64,000 bases of DNA, taken from NCBI RefSeq assembly GCF_009914755.1, contig NC_060926.1; one strand, 5' to 3'. This DNA is from the human T2T-CHM13v2.0 reference genome, Homo sapiens. Below the pieces are notes generated by a model. The model did no database searches. It worked only from the letters and a program-made list of their open reading frames with translations, and was not told the origin of the DNA. Shown here in pieces: positions 36,216-58,533 of the stretch. The position numbers and the translations under genes were made by a program. Numbering within the stretch: the stretch's first letter is position 1; the number at the start of each line of letters is the position of its first letter.

Positions 36216-37574
36216 AAGGTGCTCAATAAATATTCCTTGATAACGAAATAAAAGGATGAATTTAATTCTTTCACTAACAGTATTCCTTAGAGAACTTTCC
36301 AAAACATGTAACTGTAGCTCATCTGTAGTTCATTTTTGTGATCAGCTGCACAATTTTGTTATATAGGTATATCATAATTTATCCAACCAGTCCTTTATTA
36401 ATGTTTGACATAGCCCTCATATCCTTCTCTTCAAATTAGTTTCTAGTTGAAATTAAATCCCTATACATCAGATTTATACTTCTGACCAATATAGAGTAAC
36501 AGGGACTAGATTACCTTCTTGTATGAAACAACCAGAAACAGATAAAATACATGAAACAACAGTTTGCAGGAAACTGAACATCAAATAACAAAGTTGAAAA
36601 ACAAACTCAGTGAGTCTTGTGATTGCCCCAGCTTACTGCCTTGGGACAGCTTCTAGGATACAACAATAAGGAGGAGTAATCCAGGTGGAGCCTGGCAAAC
36701 TCCCTAAGATGAGAAGATGCAACTGAAAGCTCAGGGAGACAAAAGTGGCTAGAGTGCTCAGGAGAATATTCTGGAAGGGAGAGAGTTGCACAGAGAACTC
36801 CAGTGATCTGCAGAGGAACCCCTCGAGTATTTAGCTAAATACTGATCAGCACATATGTGTGAGGCTTGGTGAAAAAAGTACCTTAAAGGATTAGAGGGGA
36901 AAGTGCCAGGTGCTCACACAGGCTGGGAATAGTTCCCGTTCCTACCCACCAGAGTGGGAAACCTCAAGATTCATAGGCATTGGGTAGAGTACTCAGAAGG
37001 ATCTTGCTTTAGGAGCAGGGGATAATCAGCCCTAGAATGAGCACTGTTCTAGTTCTGCCTGACAAAGTTTAAATGCAAGACTTGAAAGGATCGAACTTTT
37101 CCAAGGATGTAACTTAACTGTGCCTTGGTTAAACAAAGGTCAAGAATACAGGAACTTAAAAATATCCAGCACCCAACAAGGTAAAATTCACAATATCTGG
37201 CATCCAATCAAAGTTAGCAGGCATGCAAAGAAGAAAAAAAAACAAGACATATACTTTTACCTCCAGTTAGGGACATGTGAAAATAGTCACAAATATTTTC
37301 CTCATATACCTGTGTGTTCCAATCCTTTTAACTTTAGATAATGTATTAGTTAGTAGTGGAGTACTAATATTTGTATTCTGAGAACTAAAAAAATTTCAAA
37401 AATTGCTGTCATATATTCTAAAACAAATAAGAAACACACCTATTTTTACTAGTTTGAGACTAGAAGATGACTTATTTGTATCTAATATTGAGCTGATGGT
37501 AATTTCAAAAGTCATGGCTATCTTTGACTTTTACATTCAAATTGCTTAATCCTAACAGTTAAACCTCTAATTAA

Positions 37575-37877
<303 letters not shown>

Positions 37878-38913
37878 TAAAATTACTTTTAATCATTTGA
37901 AAATATATATGGGATATTTAGTGTAAAGAGATTCTTTAATTTTAAATTGTTTTCTATCTTTTATCTCATATAATCCTCTGGTCTTTCTAGTCCTTACTTC
38001 TTTGACATGTGTCAATGACTATAGATAACCATCTTCAAAGCAGAAGAAAGAAGAGGAAGGCAAGTAAGAGAGAAAATTGGAAGTACTCTTCACTTAATTA
38101 ACTACCCTGGCAGCAACTGCAGTACACAATGACAAAATATCATTTCCTAATTTAAATGAATGCTAAAAGTAGCAAAGTTTGCTACTGGAAAGAAGCTATG
38201 TCTTCTTGAGTTTTACCAGAATCACTCTGACCCCTGTTAGTTCACTTAATTGTTCTCACGGGATTCTGGGGGTCAATCATTCTTGCTTCCAGTGAACCAT
38301 CTTTCCTTTGGCTCCCCTTAGTTGGACTGAAGCAAGCTAAAACTTTCAGAGAGTTTTTACTAAACTCTAAGTGAAAAAGAAAAAGCAAGAAATGTAAATA
38401 TAGAGTACAGGTTGAAGAGAGGTTCAATCACAAATGGCCCCTTCCTAGGGTTCAAGCACCCCTACCCACTCAGTATGGCTAAACCTTAGGAGTACTCGCA
38501 GAGCTTTCCCATCTTCAGTTGACAGTGTTACCACAAACCAGCTCCTAGGAAGCATCTTGAAGATAGTGGAAGGAAGATGCTAGGAAGCATCTTGAGATTA
38601 TTGTGGAAGAGACTAAAGGAAGCAGATTCTTATTATGTCTATTTAGGATTGTTCCTTTCCAGGCTGATCCAGAAAATTTTAAGATGATAACATAAAACCA
38701 TTACCCTTAATGAAAGATTCTCACATTTCCATGGTAGCAATTACATTGTATACTTGCACACTTAATGCTTTAACCATATCCTAATACAAAATGGAAGAAC
38801 AGTATTCATATCACAGTATAATTAACAATAAACTTGTTTCAGTTTCCTTCCAATACTGAATAAATTATCTATAACCTAACATATCCCAAATGGCTTTAAA
38901 AAAACAGTGAACT

Positions 38914-45369
<6,456 letters not shown>

Positions 45370-45384
45370 AAAAAAACAGTGAAC

Positions 45385-45833
45385 TGGACTGGAAAAAAAA
45401 TCCTTGGTTTTGGCTGGAAGGCCATAGGGGCTTTCTTCTTTCCCACTTCCCTGAGAGGCAGCAGAAGGTCAGAAGGCCTTCAGCTGAGGTCAACACTGTT
45501 CTCAGCGTCCTCCCTATGTAGACTTTGACCCTTGATATGCATATGTCCTAGCACTGTTTCTAAACCCAAAGGTCCCTTGATAATGTTTATCATTACTCAG
45601 AAATTAAGTGCTTTCTACTCTTTCTCACACTAATGCATACAGGGCAAGGTGTGGGGTACAGTGTTTCGTCTCTTGGAGTGCTCTTGCTGCATGTCCAAGT
45701 CCTGTGGAATCATTATGGAGGCTGGGAATCCTGTGTACGGTTACTTCTTTGCTTGTAGGTTACTCTCACTAACAAACTTTGCTGCTATTAGCACCATGTG
45801 TGTTAGTGGTTTGTGTAACCATCTTGTACTACA
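45385..45833 (+). repeat. 5' LTR of the ancient ERV
   Basis: Aligns block by block to 50153-50639; ends TGTACTACA followed by the PBS-like motif. Confidence 0.75.
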
Positions 45834-47624
45834 GTTGGTGCCCAACAAAGTCCCGATGTCATGGCTTTCTGAAAGAGGAGAACCCATGGGTCAAAGAATT
45901 TCTCCTGGGGACAGTGGTAATTCACTTGGCAGTTAGGATGGTCTCAGTAGCTACGCCTGAGAATGGCAGAAGCCCTCAAGTGGTAAAGAGGGTTTCCAGT
46001 GGCTTGAAATTAAGTTCTATCTCTTCTCCTTATCAGCTTAGAGATTTTCAGGAGTACAAATTGGTAGGGTGCACTAGAAAGGGTGTGGTAGTCTCTCTAG
46101 AAGGGAAGGTGGGGCAAATTCCCACACTGTTTATCTGTAATATGAGGCAACTGGTCCTGCTGTATGTGAAGCCAGTTACTGTGAGGCACGGTGTACAGGA
46201 GCCTGAGTGAGAACACCAGCAGGAGGAGATCCAGCATTATACAGAGCAAGAGCAAGACTCTTATTAGGTCCACTACTGTAGGGATAGTAGAGGCTTGGCC
46301 TGCTAATTTGCATGGTTAGGAGACAACAGTGTTGTTAAGGGAAGCTGAGTAAAAGGAAACACATGACCTGGTTAAACAATGAGCAGTCTGGGTTGATTAA
46401 TAACACTGGGGCTGATGTTGTAACCCTGCTTCTAAACTGGATGCTTGGTAGCATGGGTAATACGTATTACCATTGGGGTGATTTTCCTGCCACTTGAATG
46501 TGAAATGGACTAGATCCACAGATAGTGTAGTTACTCTGACACACTCTGAGACAACTGGCTGTGTTAGCGTAATTATAAGAAAATCCAGGGTTTGAGTAGA
46601 GAATCCCTGACAACATGCTCTTGGTGCAGAGAATGTTGGATGACCGAATCAGAGCAGGTCCTCCTAAGTGGACAACTGCTTTGACTTATTCCTTCATCTG
46701 GGAGGCAATGTTGGACATGAAATAGTTCTTTTTAGGTCATACAAGCCCCACAGCAGAGGCGGAAATGGAAAGAGACAGGGTCTCATGAGATGCACAGGTT
46801 TCTGCCCAAAATATAAAGAAAGAAGGAACAAAAGAAGGAGTAGACCGATAGGCTGAACTCAGGCAATCTCCCTCACACCGATAAATGTGATATTGCTCAT
46901 AAACAGAAGGAATGATAAGACAGAAATTGAGAGACGGCCTAATTCTTGAGTGTGGGAATGTAGTCCTATTCAAAAAGTTAAAAGACCCACTGAGACTGTG
47001 GAAAAGGGACATGTGAGATGAAACATGATACTGAATAGTTTACAGACTTGAGTAATTATTGGGAGAGGTGGAGTCACCAGAAGATTAGGTGAAGAAGGTC
47101 CCTGGGGAGGACGAGGGCTATTGAGCTTCATCCACACAAACTGATAAGATCTAAAGGACATAGAGACAGGGAGATACTCTGCATTATCTTGACTCTGGAA
47201 GTGGCATTGCTGGTGGGAATGCTCCTAGTCATCAGCTCCACTTTGTGAGTTTGAGTCAACTCTAGAAGCCAAGCTTCTTTGTTCCTAATCTGAGCCCTTT
47301 CAAACTCAAGGAGAAATACAGGTGGGCTCAGTCCCCTTTACTCTCTTCCAAGGGATCCCTAACCATGTACCCCAGATGATTATGCTGGAAAAGAGAAGAG
47401 CCTCCAATATTTACGGGTTTGCTAGAAATGGAGGACCAAGTATCATAGCTCCAGACTGCAAAAGAGCTCTGGTAAACAAGTTCCTCAACTGGGGTTTGGA
47501 GTCCATGTTACCTGTGGCTGAAAGATTAGAATTACAATCACTGCAACGGCTTTTGGACCTTTTGCGTGAATTCTAGTTGTTTCTTTATCAGGGTGGGGTA
47601 ATTAAGTCCACATGTCAGTTGGAC

Positions 47625-47897
<273 letters not shown>

Positions 47898-50152
47898 TTA
47901 GTTAGACATTTTTTGTGACTTCTGTTAGTAGCTTCTATAACTGTTGGCCAGGTATGTTGCCAAAACCCACCTGTACTTACAAGGTCGGCAGATGTTGTGT
48001 GACACTATACTTACAAGGTCGGCAGACGTTGTGTGACAGTGTTGCACACCTAGAGGTGAAACAGGTTGCATTTCTTATACAAGAACAGACTCAGGCAGGG
48101 GTACTGCACAACACCATTTCACAATTTAACAACCCCGTTTGCCTAACTCTGTTTGACACTAGTACTGCAAGTGATCTATGACTGGTCTCAGGCAGAGACT
48201 CTGATGGCATGTGTTAGTTTTTGGGTGTTTGATCTCCTCTAGCTAATGAATGGTATACACCTTTGGGGTTACTGTGTCTCCTGCATTTGCAGATAACATA
48301 CATATTATCAAGACTTAGGTATATTATTATATATTGGGGTTTCTAGATATGATACAATTAAGCAATGAAAGTGCTTTCACAGCTGCTGGCATTCTACAAT
48401 GGGACCATGTAGAATGGTATTGCCAACATGGTACTAAGTGGCTGTTCTAGGCTCGTTCTTAACCACGGGCAGTATAGAATGCTGGAATAGCATTCTGAAA
48501 GACAGCTGTACCCATCCCTTTAACAATGACTTCTATAAGATTGTCTGGTCCGGGTGACCTCTGCTGTTTATACTCATAAAGGTCCCTCCACTTTGGTGAA
48601 GTTCCTTGGCACCTGGGAGTCAAAAAGCAGAAACAGACGAAGAATCTACTTGGTATGCCAAGACCTGAGTTTTTACACCTCAATAGTTATTTCCTTTTGT
48701 TGTACCTGTCATAATTTCAACAGGTGGCTGGGAGGTTTGTGTGTTCATATTACAGACAAATGGATGGATACAAACTTGGATGCTCTCCTGACTTCCTGAT
48801 GACACTGCTAGCTACACCTACAGAAGGGCAATTTTGATTCTCTCTTTATTCCAAACATTCTAAATTTCTGTTGTATGCTTATTCTGCAAGTGGGAGATTT
48901 TGCTGCAGTCTCTATACCCATATAGTATACTCTATCCACAGAGTTTCTCTGGTGGGAAAGTGCAACTCCTGCTTTCATGTGGAACTTACTGTTGCAGAAA
49001 GAAAGAACAGACCACATAGGTTGTCCTTAAAGATAATGATGGACTGTGCTTGGGCATAAACGTGCCTGACCAAAAAAAGTGAAAGTGTGGTTGGAGCATG
49101 AATAACTCTCTCTTCACCTTTCTTGCAGATATTAACAGACTGTACCAAATAATCCTCTGCAGCGATCCCACACAATGACAGTGCAAAGCTATCACAATGT
49201 GGGATTTGTTATGCTTAACATACTCAACTGTGGAGGACCTTCTGGAAATTCTACTCCCAGATAACACCATGGGAATTACTCCTACCTGGTATTAACCAGA
49301 GTTCTCATTTGCCCTGGCCCTCCATTAACTCTTCCCTTACTAGTCATGCTGTGTAAAACTCTACTCAACTTCTCAGGTGCAGAAAACACCTACTCTTACA
49401 TCTCGGCTCCCAGTGGATCCATGTCTCACATTAGGAGAACCCCAAAGCAGCATAAAACTCTCAACCAAATACTTCCACTTCAGACCTGCAGTTGAGTCTA
49501 ATAGCATGCCGACAGTGTGTTAACCCCAGAAAAACATAAATGCCAAGTGGATATAAAATGTAGCATTAAACCTCTGTAATCCAGTGGAACCTGTCGTCTT
49601 ATGTGAAAGGCATGCTTTCCCTGCCTCCCACCTGTAAATAACACTGCACATTTTGGAAGTACTATGAGACCTTTAATAGTGACTCAAAATCTAAGACACT
49701 GGTCACTTTTCCAGCTGTGGTCTCCAGGGCTAGCATTAGAGCCTATCTGCAGGTGTCAAGGATACAAGCTTTCATTACTTTGTACAAGGGCTCTTGCCTT
49801 GAATAGTCACCTACGAAGCTGAGGATATGACCAGCAATTGCTATCATGGGAAACGCTGCCATTGAGAAAGCCTGGGATCATATCACTGAAATTAGTATTG
49901 CTTCCTTGACATGAGTAATATTAGACAATTGCATAGCTTTGGACTTTTTGTTGGATATGCAGCCAGATTGCTCATGGGAGCTCTGTATCTCCTAATGCTG
50001 TGGTATATTGTTTGTTTTAGAATTTCTCTGGCTATATGACTCTTTCAGCACTGTCAACAAACACTGAAGGCACCATTTAAAATCTAATTGCTTTCTATTC
50101 CAGATGGGGACGCATATATCTAGTGAGCCACACCAAGGGTCAGGGGGTGGAC

Positions 50153-50639
50153 TGAGAAGGAATAAACCCTCAGTCTTAGCTAAATGGGCATGGGGGCTCT
50201 CTTCCTTCTCTTGTTCCCAAGACCCATCAGCAAACCTGCTTAGCCACCGAGCTGATGTGCAGAGGAACAGTAGGGTCTTTAGCTGCTGTTCTCAAAGTCC
50301 TTGGTTTGTAGACCCTGGTCCTTTGTAATGCAAACTCCCTAGTGTTGTTCCTAGGCCCAGAGGTCCTTTGAGATATATGTTGTTTCTTAGAATAATGAAG
50401 GACTTGGACTAACCTCGAAATATATAGTGGTATGAAGGCAGAGCCTTCTCTTTGAGTGATCTTGTTTCTTGTCCAGTCTCTAACTGGACAAGGCACACCC
50501 CTGTGGAACCACTGTAGGGGCTCAGAGATCCCCTGAGTGCTCTGTTACTTATCTGAAGTTATCATCACCAATAAACATTATTGTTATTAGCACTGTGTGT
50601 AATGCTTGTGGTATATATTACCTTGCCTCTTGTACAACA
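50153..50639 (+). repeat. 3' LTR of the ancient ERV
   Basis: Preceded by the PPT; AATAAA at 50570-50575; ends TGTACAACA. Confidence 0.78.
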
Positions 50640-50831
50640 CGAATTTAATTTAATTAATATTTTTCTGTGAAGGTAATCCAATGTCTGATATCTTCTCCCC
50701 ATAATATTAATTGATGTTAATGTTATTATAAGAATTTTTTAAAAACTTGTACATTTAATGTTAAATCTAACCTTTCTTTATTAAGAACACATTATACTTT
50801 TAAGGAACTTTTAAAAAGTAATAAATAAGCA

Positions 50832-51158
<327 letters not shown>

Positions 51159-51370
51159 TTAATGTTGAATTAACTTTCAGCACCCATTTATTTACAGTAG
51201 TTTCTACTAGTTTGACACTTACTGATCTTTATCAGCCTTGCCTGTCAGACACACTACTTGCTCATATTATACACTTGTATGTTCTCTTTGTCTTCATATG
51301 TGCTGTATCTTTCCAATTAGATTGTGAGCTTTTTGTGGATAGGGACAGGTTAACTGATTCTTTTGCATCT

Positions 51371-51579
51371 TGTTTTGCTCAAGTGATCCCCCTATGCCAG
51401 CCTCCTGAGTAACTGAGATTACAGGTGCACACCACAGTCAGCCATATATATGTGATTTTAGTAGAGACAAGGTCTTGCTACGTTGCCCAGGCTCGTTGTG
51501 AACTCTTGGGCTCAAGCAATCCTCCTGCCTCAGCCTCCCAAAGTGCTAGGATTACAGGCATGAACCAGTGCACCTGGTC
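51371..51579 (-). mobile_element. 3'-truncated Alu flanked by a 13-bp direct repeat
   Basis: TTCTTTTGCATCT at 51358-51370 and 51580-51592; no poly-T tail. Confidence 0.75.
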
Positions 51580-52983
51580 TTCTTTTGCATCTCCACAGCA
51601 CTTAGTACAAGGCACAATACAGGTGTAAATAAACACTTGATGAATAAATCATCTGAGTTTTTTCCTCATTTTAATTAGCTGTAAGATAAAGAGAAGGAAT
51701 CTATACCTATTATTTATAAGTTCTTAGCACATAGAATACAGCAGACGTATATTCCCTTATTATTTCATTAATGTCTATTAATATGTCTATTAATGAAATA
51801 AAAAACTTCAGAAGAAAATAAAGTGAAAAATTATCCCTACTTCCCCCTGCTCTGCAATGACCACAAATAAGAGTATAAAGTACAACTGCTATTTATATAT
51901 CACTTTGCAGTTGTTTTAGATCCATTATCTGACATGATCCTTGTAACAATCGAAGAATTCATATACAGCTTATTAATATTTTTTTGCAGAAACAGAAATC
52001 AGCGTCCAGAGAGGTTATGTAGAAGAGCCTGGATGGAAATGGAGGTCTAATATGTAAATTCAATCAATGATAATCTGAAAGGCCTAAAAAAAAAAAAAAA
52101 ACTGTCTCCTATAAGCTATTCTTATAAAACCTTATAAAGACATTAAATTATTTATTTACTTATTTAAATCTTAAAGTATTTTAAGTGTGCCTGTGATATA
52201 TAAAGTACTATCCTTCCAACACTATGGAAAATTAAAAGCACAGATGAAGATTATAAGATTTAAATAAGGAAATAGTATATATATTAATGTGTTAAAATAA
52301 TGGTCTAATTAATTATCTGCTTTTCTGGGAGTTCAATTTCACGTTTATTAAAAGGTCCACTTAAATAAGCTGGGAAGTTTGTGGAAAAGCTTAGGATTTG
52401 AGCTGGATCAAGAAGGATGGGTGAAATTTCGATGGTAGAAGAAAAGCAGATTATTATTATAATAAACAAGATTTGGCAAAGATGCAAGGGGAGGAATACA
52501 CATGTGTTCAGTGAGTAGACTGGACTAGTTGAATTCTCATTAACAGAACAGCATAAAGACAGCTTGGGGTCAGAATTGTATACAGTCTTGAATGCCAGGC
52601 TAAGTACATATTTAACTACATCATGTTACAGGTTATAGAGGTCATTTAAGGTTTCAGAGTAGAGACATGATATGATGACAGAATGTGATGGAAGGAGGGA
52701 ATTGTATATAGAGAAGTTGAGGACAGGTGTAATAATCCAGGTATACAATGATAAAGAACTGATTTCAGTAGTGTTGCAGAGACTGATTTCAGGTATTTTG
52801 AAGGAAAGTTGATGTCCTAGATACTTCAAGTTTACATGCCCAAGTGACTAAGAAGAATGTGGCTCTTAAACATATTGAATATTTAACTGGTCTGGGGTAG
52901 GGCTCAGATTGATCATTTTCTTAAGCTTTTCAGGTGATTCATAAGGTTAAAAAGCCACTCACCTAGGCATTAAAAAAAAATCT

Positions 52984-53562
52984 TTGTTGGACATTTGAGT
53001 TGGTTCCAAGTCTTTGCTATTGTGAGTAGTGCTGCAATAAACATACGTGTGCATGTGTCTTTATAGCAGCATGATTTATATTCCGTTGGGTATATACCCA
53101 GTAAAGGGATGGCTGGGTCAAATGGTATTTCAACCCAAATGTCCAACAATGATAGACAGGATTAAGAAAACATGGCACATATACACCATGGAATACTATG
53201 CAGCCATAGAAAAGGATGAGTTCATGTCCTTTGTAGGGACATGGATGAAGCTGGAAACCATCATTCTCAGCAAACTATTGCAAGGACAAAAAACCAAACA
53301 CCGCATGTTCTCTCTCATAGGTGGGAATTGAACAATGAGAACACTTGGACACAGGAAGGGGAACATCACACACTGGGGCTTGTCGTGGGGTGGTGGGAGA
53401 GGGGAGGGATAGCATTAGGAGATATACCTAATGTAAATGATGAGTTAATGGGTGCAGCACACCAACATGGCACATGTATACATATGTAACAAATCTGCAC
53501 GTTGTGCACATGTACCCTAGAACTTAAAGTATAATAAAAATATATATTTATTTAAAAAAAAA
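52984..53562 (+). mobile_element. 5'-inverted (twin-primed) truncated L1PA (PA4-PA6-like)
   Basis: 52984-53130 is reverse-complement ORF2 3' sequence; 53131-53562 is the forward ORF2 end, 3' UTR and A tail. Confidence 0.88.
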
Positions 53563-53595
53563 ACTGCTCTTAAGTCTCCTAGGCACTGTACTACC

Positions 53596-54657
<1,062 letters not shown>

Positions 54658-56258
54658 CATAATTTTTCTATTGGGAATTAAGCCATTAAATTTATCTCTA
54701 ATTTCCACTTTCCTACATTATACTCAATAATTTCTTACAGCAATTCAACCTTCAAGATCCTTCTTTCTGTCTTCCTTTTATCCCTGTTTGCTCCTGAGGT
54801 TATGGCCTCCCTACTTCTTAGCTGGGTTACTGTAACAGTTCCACAGTCAGTTTCTTTACTACTTCTTCCAATCCAATGCGTACTTCGCTCCCAGGTTATC
54901 TATTTTAGTGTAATTCCCCTGCCAAAATTAGTCTCTGTTCTCCAAGAGCTCACAGTCTAGTGGCAGAGATGGCCATCTGTACCAAACATTATGACAAAAT
55001 GTTAAGTAAGGTACATAATGTTTCTCAGCTTTGATCCCTCTAGGCACTTCACTTTCATAGGTTCTGAGCTTACTCTTTAGTGCAGAATCCTAACATTATT
55101 AGAGATGCCTCTGGGATCATTCCTGAATTGGAAAGCAAGTATACAGAACAGAGGTCTATTTGTATAAGCTAGAAAATTCTCCCAAGTAGATCAATCAGAA
55201 CAATTCATTTTTGTTAGATATTGAGATTCTGCATAACATTTTCATTTAAAAAAAAGTGATCCCATTACTAAAAACAAAACCCTTAAAAGCAACTGCTTTA
55301 TTTATATTTTCTATTAGAGTCATCTATATGATTAGCCAGTCTTCTCTCCCCAGTGGACTATAAACATGACATGGATTCTATTTTATACAGCTTTGTGTCT
55401 CCTACAGTGCCTAGAAATGTCTAGCACATAGCAGGCATTCAAAAATGTGTTTTATCTTCCATGTCTGATGGGGACAAAAGTGTTAATGTTAGTGCTTACA
55501 GATTTTCAGAATGTAAGAACATTTTTGCTTCCATGTACCAACATGAGTCAATAGCTATTCTAAAATATATAAGCACTAACATAACACTTTTGTCCCCATC
55601 AGAATTTGGCATTTGAAAATGTCCAGACATGGAGCTCTGAAAAGTTAAATTCGAGAAGGTTTACTGAGCACATAAATGCATAATGCACTCTGCTAGTTAA
55701 TGTAACAGAAATGGAGCCAGCGAAAGAAATCTAAAGGTAGAATATCATGAATTTGTGGTAACACAAAATTCAAAAAAGGAAGAAGTCTGAAGGAGAAGGA
55801 AGTGATCACAAATTTCAAACATTAACAAGATTTGAAAAGGAATGAGGATTATGATGAAGATCTTAGATTTAAGCAAGTTACCTGCAGGGGGTTACTGTCA
55901 GGATGTATGCTTATTGTAAAAGAATAAACCACTTATTGGGAAGTTTGACAATGGGAAGAAAGAGAAATGGAGCAGCAGCTATAAAAGGTAATATAGATGG
56001 AAATACAAGTCTCTGTCCACCAAAGAAAGAAAGAACAGCTTATGTCTGATGTCAGAAAGAGTAGCAAAAGAATATCAAGGGCTAGGAGGAAGTGTGTATC
56101 AGTGAAGGGGCATTATGAGTGCAAAAGGAATGAGAATTAAGGTTTTACATGTTTACCAAACATTGATTATGGGAACACAAAATATATTGAAGAAGTAACA
56201 GAGTTTTAAAATATATAGTTTCTTATTTAACAATTTGTATCGGATTATGAGTTCTAAC

Positions 56259-56403
56259 CTTCACCACTCTCCATGCCTTCTACAAAAATCCCCCCACATT
56301 GGGGAAGAATCCAGTACCGGCGTCTGTAACGATCTTGGCCAAACATCACTGAACGCAATGAGTGAGACGCATCAAAGAGCTTCCTTCTGTACTGACTCTG
56401 TTG
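56259..56403 (-). CDS. BAZ2B: BAZ2B coding exon (145 nt), WHIM2/WSD motif QQSQYRRKLFDASHSLRSVMFGQDRYRRRYWILPQCGGIFVEGMESGE
   Basis: tttaacag|CAACAG acceptor and GGTGAAG|gttaga donor; GxDRxxRxYW motif typical of BAZ/WSD proteins. Confidence 0.95.
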
Positions 56404-56762
56404 CTGTTAAAAAAATGGTACATATAATTAGGTTTGGGATGTTAAATGCTTTAAAAATTAATATATATGTAACTTTATACTTATTGTACCTTTAAGCACA
56501 TAAATTTCACTACTGGGAAAAGAGCAAAAGGTCTAAATATTCATGCCTGACTTCAATTTCAGTAACATTTATAAAGATAGAAATCATTTTAAGGATAATT
56601 ATTTTTGTTGCCATGGAGTAAAAGGATAAGCTACCTGATAAAATAAAACTTATCCTTTTACTTGATAATAAACAATGGGATCAAGTATTTTATGGAGCCA
56701 AAGCAAACTGGTTCAATTCAATTCTATTGCTTACAGTATATAACAAATAATACATATAATAT

Positions 56763-57414
<652 letters not shown>

Positions 57415-57903
57415 TGAAATGGAATTTTTAACAAGATGTATGTAAATACATCCACAGTTTACAAATCCAATGCAAATAAAACCCACAAATATACAAATGT
57501 AAAATAAAACCTAAGATGCTGAAACTGTTACTATGAAATTCAACTGAATTTTTTAGTAATTAATTCCAAGAAATAAAACTATGCCTTAATTGACATTTTG
57601 TATTTATATGAAGAGCTGAAGAGTATAGAATATTTTCTTTCTAGGCTCTGATTAAGTTCAATATCACGTTTTAAGAGGCAGGCTTTTAACCTTGGCATTA
57701 AGCTTGTAAAGTTCAATTGTAAGAATGTTTCTAGTGTTCCTCATCTTATTTTTTTTTCTGACAAAAATGCTATTCAGAATCTTCATTTTTAATTACTCAC
57801 CAAAAGCCTGTTTTTGCTTAGCAGTCAGAAAAACTAATCCCCTTACAATGTAGATTTCTAAAACACTGTGAAGAAGTTAAATGTTAATCAGAAAAGTGCT
57901 TAC

Positions 57904-57966
57904 TTTACTCAGTTTTTCAATCTGTTTTTCCAGCTCTTCAACACTTGCTGCTTGGTCACCTTCATC
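57904..57966 (-). CDS. BAZ2B: BAZ2B coding exon (63 nt), DEGDQAASVEELEKQIEKLSK
   Basis: tatgtatag|GATGAA acceptor and AGTAAA|gtaagc donor; phase 0/0; continues in frame into the next exon. Confidence 0.9.
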
Positions 57967-58147
57967 CTATACATAAGAAAATACAGTGTCATTTATCTGT
58001 TTTAAGATTTATTTATTCAATCAGTAAATATTTAATGAAAGTCTCCTATAGGCACTGCGGAAAGGTATTAAGACTCAGTTCTTTTCTATAAACTAATAAT
58101 CTGGTAGAGAGATACATAAAACATTATGTTTAAAAAAAACACAAAAA

Positions 58148-58533
<386 letters not shown>

